Positions 38,748 to 50,211 of a stretch of 64,000 bases of DNA are shown piece after piece. Made by a program: the position numbers and the translations under genes. The stretch is taken from NCBI RefSeq assembly GCF_036321535.1, contig NC_087436.1, positions 37,388,001-37,452,000 of the forward strand, read 5' to 3'. Position 1 is the first letter of the stretch; the number at the start of each line of letters is the position of its first letter. Source of the stretch: Camelus dromedarius. Its lineage: Eukaryota. The notes below the pieces were generated by a model, which had not been told where the DNA came from, made no database searches, and saw nothing but the letters and a program-made list of their open reading frames with translations.

Positions 38748-41379
38748 GAATATTATTCAGCCATGAATAAGAAGGAAATCTTTCCATTTGCAACAACTCG
38801 GATGGACCTCGGGGGCATTATGTTAATGAAGTAAATTAGAAAATGACAAGTACTGTATGACATCACTTGTATGTAGAATCTAAAAAAGACAAACTCACAG
38901 AAACAGAGTAGAGTGGTGGTTACCAGAGGATAGGAGGTGGTGGAATTGGGGAGATATTGGTCAAGGGGTACAATCTTCCGTTTATAAGACTAACAAATTT
39001 GGGAAGCCAATGTACAGTATGGTGATTATAGTTAATAAAACTGTGTCATATACCAGAATGTTGCTAAGAGATTAAATCTTGAATGTTTTCACCACAGAAA
39101 ATAAATGGTATCTACATGATGGGATGGAAGTGGCAGCTACTACTGTGGTGGTAATCATTTTGCAACGTATAAATGTATCAAATAAACATGTAAAGTTACA
39201 CAATGGTATGTGTTAATTATGTCTCAGTAAAGCTGGGGGAAAAACAATAAAATACTTAGGAATAAACTTAACCAAGGAGTGAAAGATATCTACACTGAAA
39301 ACTGTAAGATATTGATGAAAGAAATCGAAGAAGACACAAATAAATGCAAAGATAACCTATGGTCATGGATCAAAAGAATATTGTTAAAACATACATACTA
39401 CCAAAAGCCATCTACAGATTCAATAGAATCCCCATCAAAATTCCAATTTCATTTTTTATAGAAATAAAAATAACAATCCTAAAGCTCATATGAAACCACA
39501 AAAGACCCTGAATAGCCAAAGTACTATTGAAAAAGAAGATAAAAACTAGAGTTATCATGCTTCCTGATTTCAAACTATTCTACAAACTTTAGTAATCAAA
39601 ATGTATGTCACTGGCATAAAAACAAATATACAGGCCCATGGAAAACAATAGGGAGCCTAGAAATAGATCCATGCATGTATGGCCAACTAATTTTTGACAA
39701 AGGAGTCAAAAATACTCAATGGCAAAAAGATACAGTTTCCAATAAGTGGTGTTGAGAAAACTGGATATTCATATGTAAAAGAATGAAAACAGACCCCCAT
39801 CTCACATCACTTACAAAAATAAACTCGAAATGGATTAAAGACTTAAATGTATGACTTGAAATCTTAAAACTCCTAGAAGAAAACATAGTGGAAAATCTCC
39901 TTGACTTTGGTCTTGGCAATATTTTGGCTATGACACCAAAAGCACAATCAACAAAGGCAAAATAAACAAAATACTACATTAGTTTGGTGGTGTTTATGGA
40001 ACTAAATCAAACTAGAATCTTTTTCACGGCAAAAGAAACAATCAACAGAATGAAGAAGCAACCAACGTTCTGGAAGAAAATATTTGCAAACCATAGATCA
40101 GATAAGGGGTTAATAACCAAAATACATAGGAAACTCAATAGGGAAAAAACAATCAAATTAAATAATAGGCAGAGGACCTAAAAGACATTTTTCCAAAGAA
40201 CACATACAAATGCCCAACAGGCACATGAGAAGATTCTCAACATCACTAATCATCAGGGAAATGTAAATCAAACCCAGAATGAGACAGCACCTCACTCCTG
40301 TTAGGATAGCTATTAACAAAAACACAAAAGATAAAAAGTAGCAGTGGGGATGCCGAGAAAAGGAAACCCTAGTGGTTTGGTGGAAACATAAATTCGTACA
40401 ACTACTATGGAAAACAGTATGGAGGTTCCTCAAAATATTAAAAATAGAACCACCATGTAATTGAGCAATTCCACTTCTGGGTAAATACATAAAAGAAGTG
40501 AAAACAACACACTGAGGACATATCTACACCCTCAATGTTCACTGCAGCATTATTTACAATAGTTAAGATATGGAAAAAATCTACATGTCCAATGACAGAT
40601 GAATAAAAATCTATCACACATAAAAACTGGTATATTTTTCAAATATAAAAAAGAAGGAAATCCTGCCCTTTGACAACATGGATGGACCTCAAGGACTATA
40701 TATATACATACACACACACATAGACCTACACATACATACATACAAATACTAAAGTGAAATAAGTTAGACAGAGAAAGATAAATGTTATATGGTCTCACTT
40801 ATATGTGGAATTTTTAAAAAGTCAAATTCATAGAAATAGAGAATAGAATGGTGATTGCCAGGGGTGGAAGAAGTTGGGAGATGTTGTTCAAAGGGCACTA
40901 ACTTCCAGTTGTAAATAAATGAATTCCATGGATCTAACGTACAGCATGATGACTCTAGTTAATAGTAATGTATTAAATACTTGAAAATTGCTAAGAGTAG
41001 ATATTAAATGTTCTCAGCACACAAACACACACACACATACACACAAATAATAAGTGAGGTGATGGAGTGTTAACTCACCTTATTGTGGTAACCATTTCAT
41101 GATATGTAAGTATATCAAATCATCATGTTATATACCTTAAACTTAATGTTATATGTCAATTATGTCTTAATAAAGCTGGAAAAAATTAATTTACCTCATA
41201 AGATGTAAGGACTAAGGGAGATATGTGTATAACTTGCCTGACATATATTTGACAAATATCAGTATCAGTGTCCTTCCTTGTCCCTTCAGTTTTGGGGATA
41301 TTTCTATTTATTTTCTGGGATGTGAATGTGGAACTTTTTGGTTTGTTTTCTCATAGTAACATCCTCATGTGAAGTCAAG

Positions 41380-41510
41380 TAATGCTAAACAATTTGTTGT
41401 AATTATCCTATTTAATCCTCACAACAAACCTTATGGACTTGATACTATTATAATCCCCATTTCACGGTTAAGGAAACTAAGGTTAAAGTGACGTGCTGCA
41501 AGTTTTTCAA
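41380..41510 (-). mobile_element. MIR SINE
   Basis: atttaatcctcacaacaaaccttatg...tactattataatccccatttcacggttaaggaaactaagg. Confidence 0.8.
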
Positions 41511-42809
41511 ATGGTGTGAGATTTTGCACGTAGAACCTGGTAAAGGAGAAAGGCACGAGACAAGTAATAGAAAAATGGAAAGTTTTATATTATTGTGGAA
41601 GAGAAAAACAGCCCTTTTAATTATGGGCTCCTTAAGACCAGAAGCTATATAACATAGTAAAGTTTCCTTAATTAGACCAAAGCACTATCTTTGTGTGCAT
41701 CCTTTGAATTTTAATGTCTGGGATTCAGCCATGCCCCTGTTTAAGGGAAAACAGAAAATGTGACCTTGAAGGAAAACCTTAATGTAATTAAAGTTAGCAG
41801 AACATAGAGTTTGTAAGTGACATATGAAATATTTTTACAGGAAATTTGCTAAATATCCCCTCTTAAGATGCTTTTTTTAAAAAGGTTTTTTATTATCTGA
41901 TTTTTACTTCTAAAGAAATAGAATCTTACTCTTTTAAATTCTCTTCAGAAAATCTATGTCATGCCACTTACCTAAGTCCTGGGCAGCTCTAGCTCAGACT
42001 CTAGGCAGAACACTTAGTGGTTTTCCTAGGAAGGATTCTAGTTATCTGGTCAAGAATTGTCAGAAAAACTTCCCCAAATCATGTCAGGATGAAGTAATTA
42101 CTGTCAGTGCTTCTTCTGCTAGGTTATTCAAGACAAGTATTTCAGAGCTGATTCCTCACAAATGCCATTTAAAGACTAATGTACAATGTCTGAACACTTA
42201 TTCTCCACAGTCCTTTTTCTTTATGTGCCTATGAGAGAGGAATGTCTGTTTTATAAAGAAAAATTTGGCACACTGTTTTAATAATAGCCCTTATTTGTTT
42301 TTGTGGGGATCCTTTTAATGTATCTAACATTAATTTAGAAAGGGACATTTCTTAGCAGAACATTCATAAAAGAACAGGACTTTTGGTAGGATCATCACCC
42401 TCTCATGGAACCATCCAGAACCTCCATTAGTTGATCTGATCTATGAAGCTTTAATACGTACAGCACAGCCTTCTTGGAAGCTACACAGTTTTCGTAATAT
42501 AAAGGACAGATTCTAAAGAGATGAGTTTGTGGAGTGAGTTTTCTTCATGGGTCAGCAAAGGCAGCAAATGAAAAGTGCCCCTTAATCGGGCTGAGAAATG
42601 TCACAAGGGATCTGGTGAGCCATGTCATGTATGCAAAAAGCAGACAGGAAATTTCACGGGGGCATGTGGCTGCATTTTATTACAGTTCAGAAGTTCCCTT
42701 ATATTTGAAGTTTTTTTTTTTTCCCTGCTATTTGACTTCCCAGCAAAGTTGTTATGTAGATTGCACAACGTGTCACCTCACTGAATATTTTGTGCTCACT
42801 GTAGAGTCT

Positions 42810-42930
42810 GTGCCTTTAGACTTTAAAAGGTGGAGGAATTTTAGACATGTTCTAATCTAATCGTGGTATTTTACAGATGAATAAACACACAAAAGCTAAT
42901 TACCCTGCCCAAAGTCACACAGGCAGCATT
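42810..42930 (-). mobile_element. MIR/MIR3 fragment
   Basis: attttacagatgaataaac...cctgcccaaagtcacacag. Confidence 0.6.
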
Positions 42931-45079
42931 CAAATGATAACCAGTGCTCTAACTTCTATGCCTGGGTATCTCTGACATATGTCTGCAAATGACTTATGTC
43001 TGCAGGTGGTTAAATTTGGACATCAGAGCTTTACTTTTACAGTAAGTGGGAATTAGTGCTAGTTTCCGAAATTCAGAGACTCTCTAATTTAGGACTGATG
43101 ATGATTAAACTAGAAGGAACAAGGTATCTTCACACTTAAATTCATATTCCACAGATCTAATAAGAATCAATTATTTGGGCAATTACTGCATCTACCATCA
43201 TTTGTTAAGATGGTGAATTATTCTCTGTAATGCTTCTTTTACCCAAATAGCTTTTTTTATTGTTCTTTTTCTTTCTGTTAGTTCTACCTATTTCTGAATT
43301 GAAATAAAATCCAAACTTCCCTTAACTTGTAAGGAAAACTGGCAGTATTTTATTGTTTACTGAAGGAAATCATAAACTCTTTAAATATTCCTCTCAGAGA
43401 GAAATGTCAAGTTCTTGGGATCTGAGATTATTTTAAGTACTTTATCTTTACACAGCCAGAATGTCCCCAGGCTTCCTCAAACAAGGTGTATAAATAAGGC
43501 CACATTAACAGTACAGAATTTTGAATTTTCTCAGTTTATTAGTCCCTATCTGCTGCTTAGGCCTCCGTCGCAGCCCTGAGGCCAACTCTGTGTCCCCTCC
43601 TGGTCTTCCTCCGGTGGGGGGAGGAGGGTCTGAGTTGTGCTCCTCCACCAAGGAGCTCCTCTCAGAGCAGAAGAGAGAAGAGCTCCCATCCCACACTCAA
43701 GTCCATATTACACTTGGTTTTTTAGTCTCCAAAGCAGCCCTTGGTTATCCCAAATTTGATAAATTTCCTTAGAAAGTCTGTTTGCTTCTGTTCTCTCTCT
43801 TAGCAAGATCTCTCTTGTCCTATGGGTTGAAGAACAGAAATGATCAGTTTTCTCCATTGCCCAGTCTCTCCATCCCAGGAAATAGGACAGGTCTTGCCTG
43901 CATGGATATCATCTACTAATGTGGATAGCTATGGCAGGGGGTGATGTCTGCCAGGCTCAGCTGGTACCACCTTTCTACGCAGAGGTAAGTAGCTGCCTGT
44001 TAATTTAAGATCATGATGATTGATTTCTAAGTGGCAGGAATAAAATGTCTTTCCAATAGATCTCCATTTTTAATTTTAATTCAGTTTATTATTAAACTAA
44101 TCTCAACTTTTACCTATCAGTTGATGACTATCAGAATTAAACAAAATCTGTTAAGTAGAAAACAGTAAACCTCCTTTTTTTGGTTAAAGATTATCTTACT
44201 GAAAACTTTTAAAATAAGGGAAATCCAAGACAAAAATTATCCAATATCTCACTCTGAAATAAAAACACTGTTTCCATTTGCCGAAGTTACCATCCAGTGC
44301 CTCTTTCAGTGCCTCTGTAACTTGTTGTTAATCATCGGAAGAGGTGTGGAAGGAAGACCATTTGTGGAATCAGGATGTGCTTTGCTATATTAACTTGCAG
44401 ATTTTTTTCAAATAGGGTGAGTAATTTCTTTAAAAACTTTATTTTTTTCTCTTAAATTCCAGCTCCAAAAGATATGAAACATATAGATGCTTTTGGACAT
44501 TTTCTTTCTTTTTTTTTTTTTTAACCACCCAAGTGTAAATATTTTTTTTCCTAGCTCTTCAGACAGACTCGAAAAGGAGTTGCTTGTGGCCAGGCTGCTG
44601 CCTTCCAGCTGTTTCTCTGCCTCTAAGCACCTTCTCTGAGCCCCTGGCTCCTTCTGTTTGTTCAAAGACCCTGGTGTAACAAGTGATATTTAAAAAGCGG
44701 TATTTCTCCCTGCAGCCTCCTTTCCTCTGTCTTCCTATACCACCTGCTATTTTTGGATTCAGAACGTGTTTTCTGCCATTGCTTCTCTCAGCTGTTTTTT
44801 GTTTTTTCCTGTGTTCCTCTCATGACAGCTTTTATGTCGGCCTTCATCTATGTGCTCATGTGTCTCAGAGGGAGGAGGAAACGACTGCTTTGGCAACTGA
44901 TTTGTCTGTCTCATATTTTGTTGTAATGTTCTATTTCTGCTTTTCTTGAGATTAAATTCAAGTCTCTTGGATACATTACTTTTTTCTTTTCTTTAAAAGA
45001 CAAAGGAGTTTTGAGTTGGGTAGAAAAGAATGAGAAAGGAGAGAGAATCATTTATTATTTTAACCCATATCCAAATATT

Positions 45080-45900
45080 TTCTGTACCTGGCAAGCTTTG
45101 GTCACGTAGGGAAGATATGGTCATTGCTCTCCCATAAAGTACAACCCGACGTGGGGGTGAAGGTGGGTACAGATCAATATGAATATAGCTTAGCAACTGG
45201 GAAGGAAAGGGACGTGTACATTGCTTAAAACACCCAAACAGGCATATAACCGGGCTGTGGGAGTCAGGGACGTCTGCTCAGTGGGAGTGACATCTAAGTG
45301 GGGACCCGACAGCTGAGTAGGAGTTAGCCTGACAAAATCAAAAGGCTTGTTCTGGGAGAAAGAGATCCGATGTGATGGAAAGCAAGACGAACTCAAATTT
45401 CTAAAAGGAGTGACGTGTGCCTGGAGTATAGGTTGTGAGGGTAGAATGGTCAGCAAACAGGGATCTTGTAAACAGTTTTCAGACAGTGGACTCTTTCCTG
45501 AAGGAAAACAGTCTCTAGGAGAGAGAGGGGAAGTGTTCTAAGTAGGGAAATGGCAGGATTGCCATGTCACTGTCAGGAGAATGGATACTGCGTGTGGGTG
45601 GGAGGCTAGAAAGTAGACAACTGCTTCAAAGAATCCAGGTAAAACATGTTGGTGGTCTGAACTGAAAGAGGAGGTGGTGGAGTCAGGAAGCAGTGAGTAT
45701 GCTGGCGAGAGATTTTCGCAATAAGACTGACAGGACTTGAATTCTGCTTGTAGAGGAGGGAGAGGGATTTTCCTGGATGACATACAGGTTTCTGGCTTCA
45801 ACAAATGGGTAGAGTGATGCCTTTCATTGAGTCAGAGAACACATGAGGAAGCGTGGGTTTTGAGTTAGTTTGAAAAACACTGTAGTTTTATGTATGTGAA
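45080..45900 (-). mobile_element. LINE-2 fragment
   Basis: gtgacatctaagtggggacc..., gactgacaggacttgaa, caggtttctggcttcaacaaatgggtagagtgatgcctttcattgag are typical antisense L2 motifs. Confidence 0.75.
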
Positions 45901-45959
45901 GGATGTATATAAGAATACAGAGCTCAGGACTGGAAGTACAGATTGGGAATCAGCCCCAG

Positions 45960-46275
45960 TAATCGGCACCAAACCACAATTCCAAATCTCAAAAGCTTTG
46001 AAAGTGTTTTGTTTTGATGTTTCATGCAAATGCATTTGGAAGCAAAGCCTGAAAAAATTGGTTTAAACTTTAAAAATTCCTTATTTACCCCAGTAGGATG
46101 ATTATTTATACCTGTTGCTACAGAAATGTTAATGTATTCAGATTTGGGGTGCTGCTCAAATCCTGCTGTCAGTGTCAATATTACACAGTGTATGCAAGGG
46201 CTTTAGGTTTCTAAAATCCAAAAAGAAAACTTCAGTTCTGAATTATCAGGTCTCAAGTGTTTGTGGACTACATCT
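45960..46275. mobile_element. DNA transposon fossil (MER96B-like from memory)
   Basis: tgctacagaaatgttaatgtattcagatttggggtgctgc...tttctaaaatccaaaaa...ttctgaa. Confidence 0.4.
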
Positions 46276-48095
46276 GAAGTCCTGTGAGTGGATAAGATCC
46301 CTTAAAGAACACGTGAACTAGTAAGAGTCCTGTCATGGACATGGAGAACTGCCCCGCCATATCCATTCCAAACTCTGCTGTGCTCTACCGAAGCCTGAAA
46401 GTTAGAAATTCCATTTTCTCCTTGGAAGTTGCCATAATTTGGGACGCAATTTCACAAGGCAGGTGCATCTCAGCAAGATATGGAAGATGAAAGTGAGGTG
46501 GAGTCTATACTTGCCCTTGCTGCTCGCAAGCAGTCTGACAGAGGGTGGGGGGGTCTGGCCTTGGTGGTACTGACCTGAATGTGCTGTTCCCAACATCACT
46601 GCAGTGAGTGACTATGGGAGCGGAGAAAGTTACAAATATTTACTACAACCTCATGAACAGTTGTAAAAAGAAAAAAAATATATATATACTAATGTAATAT
46701 ATAATTAATCATTATCAAGTATTTATAGAGCATATGTTCTGTATATGCTTTTGCTCTATCTCGTTTCTCCTTTCCTTCCCAGACAATACATGGTGGGTGG
46801 TGATTGCCAACTTTACAATTTTGTCCATAGGTCCAGGCTATCTATGTAGTACTGTGACTGAACTAAAAACAAGAATTGAGTGTTCATCCAGGGTGGAAAC
46901 AGTGACTCATGTGAATTTGAGTTCCCCCTTTGAGAGGGAAGATGAGCTTGGCTTCATCTGATGAATCGCAGTTCCATCGTGTTCAGTGGGAGCATGTTGA
47001 TATTGCTAGTGTTGTTTTGTTTTTTCAGCTTTATTGAGGAATAAGCACCAAATAAAAATTGTATATATTTATGGTGTACAATGTGATGTTTACACACACA
47101 CACACACACACGCACACACACACAGTGTGAACTGATTACTACAATCAAGTTAATTAACACATTCATTACCTCACATAGTTACCTTCTTTTTATGGTGAGG
47201 ACATTTAAGATATATTCTCTTAATAAGTGTCAAGTATATAATATAGTATCATTAACTCTAGTCACCACGATATAGATTAGGTCTCCAGAACTTATTTATC
47301 TTGAGCAACTAAAAATTTGTACTCCTTGACCATCAATTTCAGATTTCTCTTATCCCTCAAACTATGGCAACCAACATTCTTTTTCCTTTTATGAGTTTGA
47401 CTTCTTTAGATTCCACATATAACTGAGATCATGCAGTATTTGTCTCTCTAGGCCAGGTTTATTTGACTTAGCAAAATGTCCTACAGATTCATCAGTATCA
47501 TTGTAAATGGCAGGAATTGATGGGATTTGGTTTTTTAAGGTTGGATGATATTGCATTGTACATATATATATACACATATATATGCACATATATACAATTT
47601 CTTTTTTTTGTAGTTGATTTATGTTAGTTTCAGGTGTAGAACGAAGTAATTTAATTTTTTCAGATTATATTCCATTTTAGGTTATTACAGGATATTGAAT
47701 ATAATTCCCAGTGTTCTACAGTAAATCCTTGTTTCTCATCTATTTTATGTATAGTCCAGATTTGTATCTCTTACTCCTGTACTCCTAATATATCCCTCCT
47801 GCCTCCCCCTTTGGTAACCATAAGGTTTGGGGGGTTTTTTAGCCATAATTTCTTCTAATACTTTTTTTGAACTTTTATAAAGATTTATGAAAGAACACAA
47901 AAATATTTGGACAATGTCTGGTATATTATTAGGCAATTAGTAAATGGCTGACTGATATTTATTCTCTAGATCTCAAAGTCTAAAAAATAAAGAAATCTAA
48001 AAGAAAACTTTAAATTCTGAATTTGTTCTTGTTAAAAATTATACCAGTGTTATCTATGATTCCCATACATAAGACTTGTTGATTTCCTAATTACT

Positions 48096-49708
48096 CTTTT
48101 TTTTTTTTTTTTTTTTTTTACTTAAGTATGGTCAATTACAATGTGTCAGTTTCTGGTGTACACCACAATATCCCAGTCATGCATATACATATACATATTT
48201 GTTTCATTGTTTTTTCATTAGAGGTTATTACAAGATACTGAACATAGTTCCCTGAGCTATAGAGAAGAAACGTTTTCCAAAGTGGATATAGAGGGAACAT
48301 ACCTCAACATAATAAAAGGTATTAGTGACAAACCTACAGTCAGTGTAGTATTCAACAGAGAAAAACTGAAAGTCTTCCCACTAAAATCTATAACAAGACA
48401 AAGGTGCCCACTCTTTCCACTTCTATTCAACATAGTCTTGGAAGTCCTAGCCACAGCAATCAGGCAAGAAAAAGAAAGAAAAGGGATCCAAACTGGAAGA
48501 GAAGAGGCAAAACTGTCACTATATGCAGACGACATGATACTATATATAGAAAACCCTAAAAGCTGCACACAAAAACTACTGGAGCTGATAAAAGAATTCG
48601 GCAAAGTAGCAGGATACAAGATTAACACACAAAAATCTGTTTCATTTCTTTACATGAACAATAAAATAGCACGAAAAGAAAGTAAAGAAACAATCCCTTT
48701 TAAAATTGCATCCAGAACAATAAAATACTTAGGAATAAATATGACCAAAGAGGTGAAAGACTTATACATGGAGAACTACAAAACACTGATCAAGAAAACT
48801 AAAGATGACTTAAAGAAATGAAAAGATATCCCATGCTCTTGGATTGGAAGAATCAATATTGTCAAAATGGCCATACTGCTCAAGGCAATTTACAGATTTA
48901 ATGAGATCCCTATCAAATTACCCAAGACATTTTTTTCTTTTTTCTTTTCTTTCTTTTTTACCTTAAAGAACTAGAACACACAATCCTAAAATTTATATGG
49001 AATCACAAAAGACCCAGAATTGCCAAAGCAATATTGAAGAAAAAGAATGAAACTGGAGGAATAACCCTCCCAGACTTCAAACAATACAACATAGCTACAG
49101 TAATCAAAACAGCATGGTATTGGCATAAAAACAGACGTACAGATCAATGGTACAGAATAGAGTCCAGAAATAAATCCACAGACCTATGGTCAATTAATCT
49201 TTGATAAAGGAGGCAAGAACATACAATGGAGAAAAGACAGTCTCCTCAGCAAGTGGCACTGGGAAAACTGGATAGCAGCATGTAAATCAATGAAGTTAGA
49301 ACACTCCCTCACTCCATACAAAAAAATAAACTCAAAATGGCTTATAGAGTTAAATATAAGACAAGACACATAGGCAAAACATTCTCTGACATAAATCTTA
49401 GCAATATTCTCCTAGGGCAGTCTACCTAGGCAATAGAAACAAGAGCAAAAATTAACAAATGGGACCTCATTAAACTTATCAGCTTTTGCACAGCAAAGGA
49501 AACCATAAGCAAAATGATAACCTCCAGAATGGGAGAAGATATTTGCAAATGACAAAGGCTTAATTTCCAGAATATATAAACATCTCATACAACTTAATAA
49601 GAAAAAACCAAACAACCCAATCCAAAAATGGGCAGAGGACTTAAACAAGCAATTCTCTAATGAAGACATACAAATGGCCAATAGGCACATGAAAAAATGC
49701 TCAATATC
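48096..49708 (-). mobile_element. Young 5'-inverted L1: poly(T) and 3' tip on the - strand (48096-~48275) joined to an ORF2 RT segment on the + strand (~48278-49708)
   Basis: ORF 48282-48821 contains [33 protein letters not shown] and IKYLGINMTKEVKDLY (L1 RT). The long T run and antisense 3' UTR lie immediately to its left. Confidence 0.9.
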
Positions 49709-49914
49709 AACTGAATTGCCTGTTGATTTTTCATCTTTATAGTTTGTAGTTCATTGTTACAGTGATCTGCATTTCTGTTGAAATCTTTCTTAATTCAGGC
49801 AGCATTTTTATTACTTTCTTTTTGTACTTGGGGTCTAATAGACTGATGAGCTCTGTTTCATTTGTTCCTTCAGGGGACTTCTCTTGTTCTTTTACATTTG
49901 GGAGTAGTTTGTCT

Positions 49915-50211
49915 GCCATTTAATTTACTTAACTTTCTCTATCTCTATGAATTTAGGGGAAATAATTACCTACTGTAGTGTTAAAGGGGTGTTTTTATGT
50001 GGGAGCCTCTGTATGTAAACTCTATGTGTCCAGTGTCTTTGGTACAAGGGCTGGATACCAGCCATTTAATTTACTTAACTTTCTCTATCTCTATGAATTT
50101 AGGGGAAATAATTACCTACTGTAGTGTTAAAGGGGTGTTTTTATGTGGGAGCCTCTGTATGTAAACTCTATGTGTCCAGTGTCTTTGGTACAAGGGCTGG
50201 ATACCAGCCAT
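49915..50211. repeat. Perfect 146-bp tandem duplication
   Basis: 49915-50060 is identical to 50061-50206. gccat occurs at 49915, 50061 and 50207. Confidence 0.97.

Larger units (their letters stand above)
31283..39239 (+). mobile_element. Originally full-length L1 (5' UTR, ORF1 with internal deletion, ORF2, 3' UTR; L1MA8-like) nested in the host L1
   Basis: GC-richer 5' UTR at 31283-~32640. ORF1 remnant 32765-32962 (ILELNNTVTELKKSIESFNSRL). EN and RT remnants present. 17-bp TSD aaaaataataaagtact (31266-31282) / aaaaacaataaaatact (39240-39256). Confidence 0.92.
30865..41187 (+). mobile_element. Host 5'-truncated L1 (L1MA-type): ORF2 30865-31282 resuming at 39240, 3' UTR ending ~41187
   Basis: ORF2 sequence is collinear across the nested element (..gcatcaaaaataataaagtact | aaaaacaataaaatacttaggaataaac..). 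Ends taataaagctggaaaaaa. Confidence 0.9.
30708..41260 (+). mobile_element. MIR SINE core split in two (30708-30749 and 41200-41260) by a ~10.4-kb compound L1 insertion
   Basis: Joining the halves gives ctttcttatctaaaagggtattaataattttacctcat|aagatgtaaggactaagggagatatgtgtataacttgcctgacata, which resembles the MIR core. tttacctcat is duplicated at 30740-30749 and 41190-41199. Confidence 0.65.

Noticed and set aside
48282..48821. 179-aa reverse transcriptase ORF with YADD as a possible novel RT system
   Set aside because: It is ordinary L1 ORF2 RT, truncated, stopped at 48821 and inside an inverted insertion.
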